This document shows positions 51,785-64,000 of a DNA stretch of 64,000 nucleotides, one piece after another. The notes beneath the pieces are model-generated. The model was not told the DNA's origin. It did no database searches and saw only the letters and a list, made by a program, of their open reading frames with translations. Position 1 is the first letter of the stretch; each line of letters opens with the position of its first letter. The translations under genes and the position numbers were made by a program. The stretch is taken from assembly GCF_009914755.1 (NCBI RefSeq), contig NC_060942.1. One strand, 5' to 3'. Source of the stretch: the human T2T-CHM13v2.0 reference genome, Homo sapiens.

Positions 51785-54700
51785 CACACATACACAGAGC
51801 CAAGATTGACTCAATGGTGCTGACTCACTAAATGGGGAGCCAGAAATTTCAAAGGAATATGCAGAGGCAGAGACTATCAGACTTCTGCCGCACTGTCAAC
51901 CAAAAATCCTGACCCATGTCTGTATCTTTTGTGTATTTGGGGGTGACAGGCAGAGGGCCATCAGCCAGAAAGAACTGTTTCTGTGACTTTAATTCCATGG
52001 GGCCTTTTGTGCTTTTCTTCTGCAGACCAGTGCTGCATGTATAATTAACCCTCTGCAGGCTGAGTAACTGAAGCACAAGACTGCTGTCCAGAAGAAGCAG
52101 AAGACTGAGGCTGTTCTCCTGAGGGCCAAATAGAGACCAAGAAGAGGAAGTTACAAGTGTGAGGACGATTTTCTAACCCTACTAGCCTGAAGGCAATAGA
52201 ACAGGCTGCCTCGGAAGGAAACAAAATTTTCCAGATGATGACAGAAACTGTTGGAGAGATTCTTGCACTGGGAGGAAACAGAAGTGGCTAGCCTCTGGGG
52301 TTCCTTAACCTTCTCAGATTCAGTAAGCAGGCACCACTGAAAGGCTGGGAGGCAGAAGTAAAGTGAGCACCTTTGATGCAGTAGTTTTGGAGCCATTAAG
52401 AAGCTACTGCACTTCCCTGTTTATTATGTCTAGGTTCATATGAGAGAGTAGATTGTTATACACAGAGTCACATCATTCTATTCATTAAATGCTTTCACCA
52501 AGGGACGAAGAGGTTTGGAGAAAATATTTTGTTTCATTTTTCAGCACAAGAATCTTAAAAGCCTTGACTTGTCACCTAATGGTTCCTTCCTTACAGCTGG
52601 AATATCCTTAAACTCCTTGTTCGAACTTCCAAACACACACTCTCCTTGTCCCTACGTTTCCCTCTCAATTCCACCCTATGAAGCTTAAGTAGAATAAGCA
52701 GCAGACAGCCTGGTATGATTTTAAAGACATCCAAATTCCCTTCCACCCAAAATCTAGCTCCTCTACCTAATTGCAACTGTCCCTGAAAAAAAAACTGCCA
52801 TCAGAGACACGGGTTTAGGTCAAAGCAATTATTCAAGAAGGACCCTGGCAAGTGCACAATAAGCACCATAAACCTAGAGGCACACATTATTTTTACCAAC
52901 TTCCTAGCAAAGAAAGTGTCCTGAAAACACTGGTAGCAAGACCAGAAGATCTAGATGAGGGCAGGGTTGGGGAGGAGGCCAGTATGCAAGGTGAAAGATG
53001 GATCATAGAGTTAAGAGAATGGCAAAACCACGAGAAGTATCAAAGTAAGGGAGGGGAGATGAGTAGCCAACAGTTCTGGAGTAGAGTGGAAACACTTCCT
53101 GAGTGGCTACTCTGTTCTGAGCACTGCATATTGTACCGAAAAACGTCATGGCCTTTGATGTCAGCCAGGCCTGTGCTCGGTCACTAACTCAGCTTACTCG
53201 TGGTCAGGTATTTAAGTCCATCAGCTCTGGTTTTCTCCTTTGTTTTGCCGGGGAATTAAATGAGATAACTGTGCATGACACAGTCCTTGGCACATACATG
53301 TCATTCTTCTCACCCTCCCTTCACCCTACTTCTACAATTTGACAAGATTGACTCTTGTCTCTTTGCTAGAGGTTCTAGCTGTTCCAGACAACCACACTAC
53401 CCAAAGCACGTTCAATTTCAGGAAGGTGCTAAATTCCACTAGCCCTGGGCCTCAAGCAAGCATCCATCTCCAGAATCTCAGCAGAGGAGTTCTGCAGCCA
53501 TGCTCAATGGTGAATACTATTTTTCTTTGAAAATAATGACAGGGAGGCAGAGCAAGATAGCAGAATAGAAGGCTCCACCAATTGTCCCCCCTGCAAGGAC
53601 ACCAATTTAACAACTATCTACACCCACAAAAAAAGCACCTTCATAAGAGTAAAAAACCAGATGAGCATACACCGTACCTAGTTTAACTTCACATTGCTGA
53701 AAGAGGCACTGAAAAGGTAGGAAAAACCATCCTGAATAGTCACTGCCACTCCCACCCTTCTCCATGCAGCAGTAGTGTGGTGTGGACAGCATTTTTGCTT
53801 GCTGAGGAGAGGGAGAGTACAGCAATTGTGAAGCATTGAAATCACTGCTGCAGAAAGTGGAATCAGACTGAACTCAGCTGACACCCACCCACAGACAGAG
53901 CATTTAAACCAGCCCTAGCCAGGGGAGAATCACCAATCCCAATAGTCAGAACTTGAGCTCCCACTAGCCTCACCACCACAGGCTAAAGTGCTATGGGTAC
54001 CTAAATAAACTTGAAAGGCAGTGTAGGCCACAAGGACTGCAACTCCTAGGAAAGTCCTAGTGCTGAACTGGGCCCAGAGCCAGAAGACTGGCATGGAACA
54101 TGACTTACTGTGAGACACTAGCTGAGACAGTTAAGGAAGTGCTGGAATCACCACCTCCCCTAACCCCAAACTGCACAGATCACAGCTCCAAAGGAGATCC
54201 TTCTTTTCTTCTACTTGTAAAGAGGAGAGGGGAGAGTGGGAAGGACTTTGTCTTGCATCTTGGATACCAGCTCAGCCACACCATGATAAGGTACCACTCA
54301 GTCATGAGGCTCCCTTTCCAAGCCCTAGTTCCCAGATGACGTTTCTAGACACACCCTGGGCCAGAAGGAAATCCGCTGCCTTGAAGGGGAGAAAAAAAAA
54401 AAAAAAACAGCCCTGGCAGGATTAATCACCAGCTAACAAGAGTCCTTGGGCCCTGAATAACCAGCAGCAATACCCAGGCACTACACAGAAGGCCTTGGGT
54501 AAGACTCTGAGACTCACTGGCTTCAGGTGACAGTCAGCACATTCCCAGCTGTGATGGCTACAGGGTGAGACTTTCTGCTTGAAAAAAGTGAAGGAAAAGG
54601 AAAATGAACTTTGTTTTTCACCTAGGTACCAGGTTGGCCACAGAAGGGTAGAGAACCAAGTAGGCTCTTGGGATCCCCAATTCCAGAACTTGGCTCTTGG

Positions 54701-56865
54701 ATGGCATTTCTGGACCTGCCCTGGGCCAGAGGGGAGCCCACTGCCCTAAAGGGTGAGAGGGTGATTTCCAGGCCAGGCAGCATTTACAAGCTGACTAAAG
54801 AGCCCTTGGGCCTTAAGGGAACATCAGCAGTAGTCTGGCAGTACCCTCCATGGGCCTGTGGTGGTGATGGCCATGGGGTGAGGCTCCTCTGCCTTTGGAA
54901 AGAGGAAAGAAGAGTGGGAAGGACTGCATCCTGTGGTTTGTGTGCCAGCTTAGTCATAGAACACCAGGTAGACGTCTAAGGTTTTTGACTCTAGTCCCTG
55001 GCTCTAGGATGGCACTTCTGGACCTACCTTGGGCCTGGGAGAATTGTTGCCCTGAAGGGAAGGACACAGGCCTAGCTGGCTTGACCATCTGCTGACTGTA
55101 GAGTCCCAGGACCTTGAGCAAACATACGCAGCAGCAAAGGAGTGATTACTGCAGGCCTTGGATGAGATCCAGTACTATGCTGGCTTCAGGTCTGACCCAG
55201 TACAGTCCTAGTGGTGGTAGACACAGGGGTGCTTATGTCACTCCATCCCCAGTTCCAGATGACTTAGAACAGAAAAACAGACTTCATTAGTTTGTGAGAA
55301 AGTAAGGGAAGAGAACAAGAGTCTCTGCCTGATAATCCAGGGGATTCTTCTGGATCTTGTCCAAGACCATCGAGGCAGTACCTCTGTGAGTCTGCAAAAA
55401 CCACAGCCTTACTGGGCTTGGGGTGCCCCCCAAAAGCAGATACAGCTTAGATCACAACACCCAAGTTCTTTCCAATATCTGGAAAGCCTTCCCAAGAAGG
55501 ATGGGTACAAACTAGCCCAGACTGCAAAGACTACAATAAATACCTAGCCCTTCAATGCCCAGACACAGGCAAACATCTATAAAAATCAAGACCATCTAGG
55601 AAAAAAAAGGCACCAGGGGCCAATCCTGGAGAAACAGAAATATGTGACATTTCAGAAAGATAATTCAAATAGCTGTTTTGAGGAAACTCAAAGAAATTCA
55701 AGATAACACAGAGAAGGAATTCAGAATTCTCCCAGATCTATTTAACAAAGAGATTGAAATAATTTTTAAAAATCAATCACAAATTCTAGAGCTGAAAAAT
55801 GTAATTGGCTTATGAAATATGCATCAGAGTCTTTTAATAGCAGAAATGATCAAGTAGAAGAAAGAATTAGTGAGCTAGAAGACAAGCTATTTTAAAATAC
55901 ACAGAAGAAACAAAAGAATAAAAAGCAATGAAGCACACCTACAGGATCTAGAAAATAGCCTTAAAAGGGTAAATCTAAGAGTTTTGGCCTTAATGAGGGG
56001 GTAGAAAAAGAGATGGTGTAGAAAGTTATTAAAAGGAATAATAGCAGAGAACTTCCCAAACCTAGAGAAAGATATCAATATACAAGTACAAGAAGGTTGT
56101 AGAACACCAAAGAAGACTACCTCAGGCATTTAATAATCAAACTCCCAAAGGTCAACATAAAGAAAGGATCCTAAAAGCGCAAGAGAAAAGAAACAAATAA
56201 CATACAATGGAGCTTCAATATGTCTGGCAGCACACTTTTCAGTGGAAACCTTACAAGCCAGGAGAGAGTGGCATGGCATATTTCAAGTGATGAAGGGAAA
56301 AAAACCTTTTACCCTAGGCTAGTATATCCAGTGAAAATATCCTTCAAATTTGAAGGAGAAATAAAGGCCTTCCCAGACAAATGGAAGCTGAAGGATTTCA
56401 CCAATACCAGACTTGTCCTACAAGAAATTCTGAAGGGAGTACTTTAATCAGAAAGAAAAGGATGCTAATGGGCAATAAGAAACAATCTGAAAGTACAAAA
56501 CTCACTGATAATAGTAAGTACACAGAAAAACACAAAATATAACACTCTAACTGTGATGTATAAACTACTCTTATCTTAAGCAGAAGGTCTAAACAATAAA
56601 CCAATCAAAAATAATAACTACGACATCTTTTCAAGAAAAAGACAGTACAATAAGATATAAATAGAAACAACAAAATGTTAAAAAGCAGGGGGACAAAATT
56701 AAGGTGTAGTATCTTCATTAGTTTTCTTTCTGCTTCTTTGTTATGCGAACAGTGTTAAGTTGTTATCAGTTTAAAATAATGGGTTATAAGATAGTATTTG
56801 GAAGCCTCAAGATAACCTCAAACTTACACGGATACACAAAAAGTAAAAAGCAAGAAACTAAATCA

Positions 56866-57153
<288 letters not shown>

Positions 57154-58570
57154 TCACCAGAGAAAATCACCTTCAAATCACCTGCACTAAAAGGAAGATA
57201 GGAAGGAAAGAAAGAAAGAAGGAAGAGAAGACCACAAAACAACCAGAAAACAAATAACAAAATGGCAGGAGAAAGTCTTCACCTATCAATAATGACATTG
57301 AATGTAAATGGACTAAATCAAAAAGATATAGAGTGGCTGAATAAATAATTTTTTTAAAAGACCTATTGATGTGTTACCTCAAAGAAATACACTTTAACTA
57401 TAAAGACTCTCATAGACTGAAAATAAAGGGATGGAAAAAGATATTCCATGCCAATGGAAACCAAAAAAAAGAGCTATAGTTATATCAGACGAAAATGCAT
57501 TGCAAGACAAAAACTATAAGAAGAGACAAAGAAAGTCACTATGTAATGATAATGGGGTCAATTCAGCAAGAGGATATAACAATTATAAATACATATGAAC
57601 CTAACATTGGAGACCCCAGGTATATAAAACAAATATTATTAGAGTTAAAAAGAGAGATAGACCCCAATACAATAATATCTGGAGACATCAACACTCCACT
57701 TTCAGCATTGAACACATCTTCCAGACAGAAAATCAGCAAAGAAACATCTAACTTAATCTGCACTATAGACCAAATGGATATTTACAGAATATTTTATCCA
57801 ACAACTGCAGGATACACATTCTTTTCCTTGGCACATGGATCATTCTAAAAGAACATATGTCAAGTCACAAAACAAGTCTTAAAACTTCAAAAAATTAATA
57901 ACTTTATAGCTATAAAAGTGTTTACATCAAAAAAGAAGAAAAACTTTAAGCAACCTAACAATGCATCTTAAAGAACTAGAAAAGCAGGAGCAAACCAAAC
58001 CAAAAATTAGTAGATGAAAAGAGATAATACAGATCAGAGGAGAAATTAATGAAATTGAAATGAAGAAAACAACACAAAAGATCAACAAAATGCAAAGTTG
58101 GTTTTTTGAAAAGCTAAAATTGAGAAACCTTTATCCAGGCTTTAAAAAAAAGAGAGACGTTCCAAATAAATAAAATCAGAGATGAAAAAGGAGACATTAT
58201 AACTGATACTGCAGACATTTAAAGGATCATTAGTGGCTACTATGAGCAACTATATGGCAATAACTTGGAATCTAGAAAAAATGGATAAATTCCCAGACAC
58301 ATGCAACCTACAAAGATTGAACCATGAAGATATCCAAAACCCGAACAGACAAATAACAAGTAATGAGATTAAAGCCATAATAAAATGTCTCCCAGTAAAG
58401 AAAAGCCTGGGACCCAATGACTTTACTGCTGAATTCTACCAAACATTAAAAGAAGAACCTATACCAATCTTACTCAAACTATTCTGAAAAATAGAGTAAC
58501 AGAGGATACTTCCAAATGTATTCTACAAAGCCAGTATTACTCTGATACCAAAACCAGACAAAGACACATA

Positions 58571-58752
58571 GGAAGGAAGGAAGGAAGGAAGGAAGGAAGG
58601 AAGGAAGGAAGGGAGGGAGGGAGGGAGGGAGGGAGGGAGGGAGGGAGGGAGGGAGGGAGGGACAGAGGGAGGATGAAAGAGAGAGAGAGAGAAAAGAAAG
58701 AAAGAAAGAAGGAAGGAAGGAAAGAAAGAAGGAAGGAAGGAAGGAAGGAAGG

Positions 58753-58819
<67 letters not shown>

Positions 58820-58861
58820 AAAAGAAAGAAAGAAAGAAAGAAAAGAAGGAAAGAAAGAAAA
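58571..58861. repeat. Compound purine microsatellite (GGAA)10-(GGGA)13-...-(GAAA)17
   Basis: About 290 nt, almost entirely A/G on the + strand, inside L1 ORF2. Confidence 0.97.
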
Positions 58862-59496
58862 CAAACTACAGGCCAATATCTCTGATGAATATTGGTGCTA
58901 AAATCCTCAACAAAATACAAGCAAATAAAATTCAACACTATATTTAAAAAGATCATTCGTCATAACCAAGTGGGATTTATCCCTGAGATAGAAGGATGGT
59001 TCAACATATGCAAATCAATTAGTATGATACATTATATCAACAGAATGAAGGACAAAAACCATATGATCACTTCAATTGATGATGAAAAAGCATTTGATAA
59101 AATTCAACATCCTTTCATGATAAAAACCCTCAAAACTGAGTATAACATAACTCAACATAATAAGAGCCATATACTACAGACCCACAGCTAGTATCATACT
59201 GAATAGGGAAAAACTGTAAACCTTTTATCTAAGATCTAAACATGACAAAGATGTCCACTTTTACCACTGTTATTCAACATAGTACTGGTAGTCCTTGCTA
59301 GAGCAATCAGACCAGAGAAAGAAATAAAAGGCATCCAAATTGGAAAGGAAAAAGCAAAATTATCCTTGTTTGCAGATGATATGATCTTCTATTTGGAAAA
59401 ACCTGAAGACTCCACTGAAAAACTATTAGAATTGATAAACAAATTCAATAAAGTTGCAGAATACAAAATCAATATACAGAAATCAGTAACATTTCT

Positions 59497-59987
59497 TTTT
59501 TTTTCTTTTTTTTATTATATTTTAAGTTCTAGGGTACATATGCACAGCATGCAGGTTTGATACATAGGTATACATGTGCCATGTTGGTTTGCAGCACCCA
59601 TCAACTCATCATTTACATTAGGTATTTCTCCTAATGCTATCCCTTTCCTAGCCCCCCACTCCCCGACAGGCCCCAATGTGTGATGTTCCCTGCCCTGTGT
59701 CCAGCTGATCTCATTGTTCAATTCCCATCTATGAGGAGAACATGTGGTGTTTGGTTTTCTGTTGCTGTGTTAGTTTGCTGAGAATGGTGGTTTCCAGCTT
59801 CATCCATGTCCCTGCAAAGGACATGAACTCATCCTTTTTTATGGCTGCATAATATTCCATGGTGTATATGTGCCACATTTTCTTAATCCAGTCTATCATT
59901 GATGGACATTTGGGTTGGTTCCAAGTCTTTGCTATTGTGAATAGTGCTGCAATAAACCTAAGTGTGCATGTGTCTTTATAGTAGCAT
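59497..59987 (-). mobile_element. L1PA-type 3' fragment (about L1PA7 age) inserted antisense into the old L1
   Basis: TTTAAGTTCTAGGGTACAT...GCACCCATCAACTC. TSD AAATCAGTAACATTTCT (59480) and AAATCAGTAGTATTTCT (59990). Confidence 0.92.
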
Positions 59988-61894
59988 AAAAATCAGTAGT
60001 ATTTCTATATGTCAACAGTGAACAATCTGAAAAAAATTTTTTAACTAATCCCATTTACAATAGCCACAAATAAAATTAAATATCTAGGAATTAACCAAAG
60101 AAGTGAAAGATCTCTATAATGAAAACTATAAAACATTGATGAAAGAAACTGAAAAACACCAAAAAATGGAAAGATATTCCATGTTCATGGATGGGAAGAA
60201 TCAATGTTGTTAAAATGTCCATACTACCCAAAGTGATCTACAGATTCAATGCAATCCTTACCAAAATATCAATGACATTATTCACAGACATTGAAAAAAC
60301 AATCCTAAAGTTTACATGGAACCACAAAAGACCAGGATAGCCAAAACTATCCTGAACAAAAAGAACAAGACTGGAGGAATCACATTACCCAACGTCTAAT
60401 TATACTTCAGAGCTACAGTAACAAAGTAGCATGGTACTGGCATAAAAATAGATGCATAAACCAACAGAACAAAACAGAGAACCCGGAAACAAATCCACAC
60501 GCCTACAATGAACTAATTTACAGCAAAGATGCCAAGAACATATTCTGGAGCTGAGAAAACTGGATATCCATATGCGGTAGAATAAAACTAGACCTTTATC
60601 TCTTGCCATATACAAAAATCAAATCAAAATGGATTAAACACTTAAATCTATAACCTCAAACTATGAAACTAGTACAAGAAAATATTGAAGAAACTCTCCA
60701 GGACATTGGTCTGGGCAAAAATTTCTTGAGTAATACCCCACAAACACAGGCAACCAAAGTAAAAATGGCAAATGGGATCACATCAAGTTAAAAAACTGCA
60801 CAGGAAAGGAAACAATCAACAAAGTAAAGAGACAACCCATGGAGTGGAAGAAAATATTTGCAAACTACTCATCTGACAAGAGATTAATAACGAGAATACA
60901 TAAGGATGTCAACCATTCTATAGGAAAAAAATCTAATGATCCAATTTAAACACGGGCAAAAGACTTGAATAGACATTTCTCAAAAGAAGACATACAAATG
61001 ACAAACAGGCATTTGAAAAGGCACTCAACATCACTGACCATCAGAGAAAAGCAAATCAGAACTACAATGAGATATCATCTCACCCCAGTTAGAATGGCTT
61101 ATATCCAAAAGACAGGCAATAACAAATGCTGGCGAGGATGCAGAGAGAAGAGAACCCTCATACACTGTCAGTGGGAATGTAAATTAGTATAACCACTATG
61201 CAGAACAGTTTGGAGATTCCTCAAAAAACTAAAAATAGTGCTTCCATATGATCCAGCAATCCCACTGCTGGGTATATACCCAAAAGAAAGGAAATCAGTA
61301 TATCAAAGAGAAATCTGCAGTCTCGTGTTTGTTGCAGCACTGTTCACAATAGCCAAGATTTGGAAGTAACCTAAGTGTTCATAAACAAATGAATCAATAA
61401 AGAAAATGTGGTACATATACACAATGGAGTACTATTTAGTCATAAAAAAGAATGAGATCTTATCATTTGCAACAACATGGATGAAACTGGAGGTCATTAG
61501 GTTAAGTGAAATAAGCCAGGCACAGAAAGACAAACATTTGCATGTTCTCACTTATTTGTGGGATCTGAAAATCAAAAAAATGGAACTCATGAAGATAGAG
61601 AATAGAAGAATGGTTAGCAGAGACTGAGAACGGTAGTTGGGAGATGGGGGTGAGAGGAAGGGGAAGAAGGGTATAGTTAATGGGCACAAAAATAATTGTT
61701 AGAAAGAATGATAAGACCTAGTATTTGATAGCACAACAGGGTGACTATAGTCAATAATAATTTAATTGTACATTTTAAAATAACTAAGAGGGTATAATTT
61801 GATTGTAGCACAAAGGATAAGTGCTTGAGGGAATAGAGACCCCATCTTCCATGATGTGACAATTATGCATTGCATGACTGTATCAAAACATCTC

Positions 61895-62213
61895 GGCTGG
61901 GAGCGGTGGCTTAAGCCTGTAATCCCAGAGCTTTGGGAGGCCGACGCGGGTGAATCACCTGAGGTCAGGAGTCCAAGACCAGCCTGGCCAACATGGTGAA
62001 ACCCTGTCTCTACTAAAAATACAAAAATTACCCAGGCATGGTGGCGCATGCCTATAATCCCAGCTACTCGGGAGGCTAAGGTGGGAGAGTCACCTGAACC
62101 TAGGAGGTGAGGTTGCAGTGAGCTGAGATTGTGCCACTGCATTCCAGCCTAGGCAACAGAGCGAGAGTGAGACTCTGTCTCAAAAAAAAAAAAAAAAAAA
62201 ACAAAAACAAAAA
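61895..62213 (+). mobile_element. Alu (AluS-type) inside the L1 3' UTR
   Basis: GGCTGGGAGCGGTGGC start, CACCTGAGGTCAGGAG, long A tail. Confidence 0.96.
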
Positions 62214-62769
62214 CTCATGTACTCCATAAATATATACACCTACTATGTACCCACAAAAATTTAAAAAGAAAATAATGAAGCACTGCAGATGGAACCAGCC
62301 ATTATACAAACAAGCTAACAACCTTTTGGGAAACCATGTCAACCAGACAGTGCAATGAACCAGCCAGTGGGGATGAAAAGGTATCCACAAGGTTTACTAA
62401 ATGACTGCCTTTCAAGGCAGTCTGGACTGCCTTGAAAAGGAGAGAAGACTGGCCCAAAGAATGCATAAGTTTAAACAAATCCTCAGATCATCACCACAAG
62501 GCTGATGTCACCAAGGCTGAGTCACCATCATACGTGATTCCAGAAGCTAGGGCTTTAAGAAGTCACTGCACTAATGCAAAGGCAAGAAGAACACATGCCA
62601 AACATAATGTCTAAGCAGCTGAAGGTGCTGTGGCACTTCCTGCTATTTACCCAGGCCAATTATGTCCGGTTCTAGAAGAAAATGGGATGAACTAGAATAA
62701 CTTCTCCAGTGGTAAGGAGTCTGGATTACTAACAGTTCAAGTATAAATGTCTTTATCCAGTTGAATGGA

Positions 62770-63990
62770 CCTCATTCATTCCATGAACAAATATTTATAG
62801 AGCACCTACTATGTGCCAGGCACTGGTGTAGGTGCTGAGGATACAACTGTGAATCAAACATAAGCTCTGACCTCTTGGATTTCACATCTTAGCAAGGAGA
62901 CAGACAATAAACAAAGACAAAAAGAAAGAACAAAGGGAGGGAGGCAAAATGTATCACTATCTAAAATTAAAAGCTGGGGTCATATGTTAGAGTGACTAGG
63001 TGACCTGAATGACAAGAAGCCAGCCATGCAAACATCTGGGTGACAGCTATGAGTTCTTGCCTCAGGTTTCACAGAATCATGTACTTTTCTTACTGAAAGG
63101 GACCTCAGTGATCAACTTCAACACTCCATTTTTTATATATAATGAAATTGAGACTCAGGCAAGTAGTATGATGTCTCCAAAGCCACTCTGAAAATTACAC
63201 AGGGACTTCCCTGTTTATTTGCGAGAAGGCTTAAACAGACAAAATGATAATTATTCAACAAACATGTATTGAGCCAGTACTTTTTTTTTTGAGCCCTGTA
63301 ATGACCACTCTAAATTCTTCAGAGGAAAATGAGAAATACACAAGTGAAGTAAGCAGAGACCCCTTCTGTACTAACTGCAGGCCTGACCATTTGATACAAA
63401 GTAGCAAGGAGGAAGATTTACATGGGTGATTCACCCCAGAAGGCTGAATAGAGGAGGTGGGATGAGTAGGATTTTGATAAGCAGGAAAGGCAGGAGGGTG
63501 ATCCCATCAGGAGAAACATACTGAATCAGTGCAGAAAAGACAAAGAATGGGGCGGGGAGGACTCAGGGAGTCCCTAGGAAACTAGGGAGTAGTTGAGGAG
63601 GGATGGGGCATCAAGACTGGGGATGGTGACACCTCAAACACAGAGAGAGAGTTGGGGGAAGAGGAGTTGTAAGACATATAAATGTCACCAGGCTCACCCT
63701 TTGCCCATCACTCAGTACCTATCACCTTCCAGCTTGCAGAGGTGCTAACATTTGAGGTACTAAAACTCATCTTGATCCTTTTTTCTCATCCCCTTCACTT
63801 TTTCTTCACAACAGGTGCTGCACTGGGTACCCTATACATATCAGCTCAAAATAATACCAGTTATCCACTCATTCATTCAGCACTTCATGCCTCCTATGTG
63901 TCAGGCATGAAGCTAAGCACTTTACAAAGAATATGTCTTGTAAGCCCCACAGTAACCCTATGAGGTAGGTACTTGTCATTACAATCTTAG
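62770..63990. mobile_element. L2 and MIR fragments
   Basis: CATTCATTC..AACAAATATTTATAGAGCACCTACTATGTGCCAGGCACTG (L2 3' end); AACCCTATGAGGTAGGTACT (MIR). Confidence 0.7.
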
Positions 63991-64000
63991 CTAGCAAACT

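Noticed and set aside
58523-58956. Low-complexity ORFs (FLSF/KERK repeats)
   Set aside because: They are translations of the microsatellite.

Overview
Primate (almost certainly human) genomic DNA. It contains one complete protein-coding gene on the + strand, ST8SIA3 (alpha-2,8-sialyltransferase III, glycosyltransferase family 29). I assembled four coding exons by hand (17734-17912, 19289-19411, 21800-22357, 24882-25164). They total 1143 nt, i.e. 380 aa plus stop, and all three introns are GT-AG. The gene starts in a CpG island and probably ends in a very long 3' UTR (about 8.65 kb, to AATAAA at 33790). The flanks are repeat-rich: 11 Alus, MaLR LTRs, MIR/L2, hAT DNA transposons, nested L1 fragments, and one end-to-end ancient L1MA-type element at 53540-62267 that still has its target-site duplications (TSDs). 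I found no convincing new gene or new biological system. The strongest leads are regulatory, and all are motif-level hypotheses. (1) Intron 1 holds a near-consensus REST/RE1 site next to a perfect inverted E2-box pair. (2) A short uORF ends 17 nt before the start codon, with a stronger in-frame Met6 just downstream. (3) All introns are phase 2 and split Arg codons, so the internal exons can be skipped in frame. (4) The distal 3' UTR has a tight cluster of RBFOX and miR-218 sites. Coordinates were counted by eye, and repeat subfamily calls are from memory of consensus sequences, so both are approximate.
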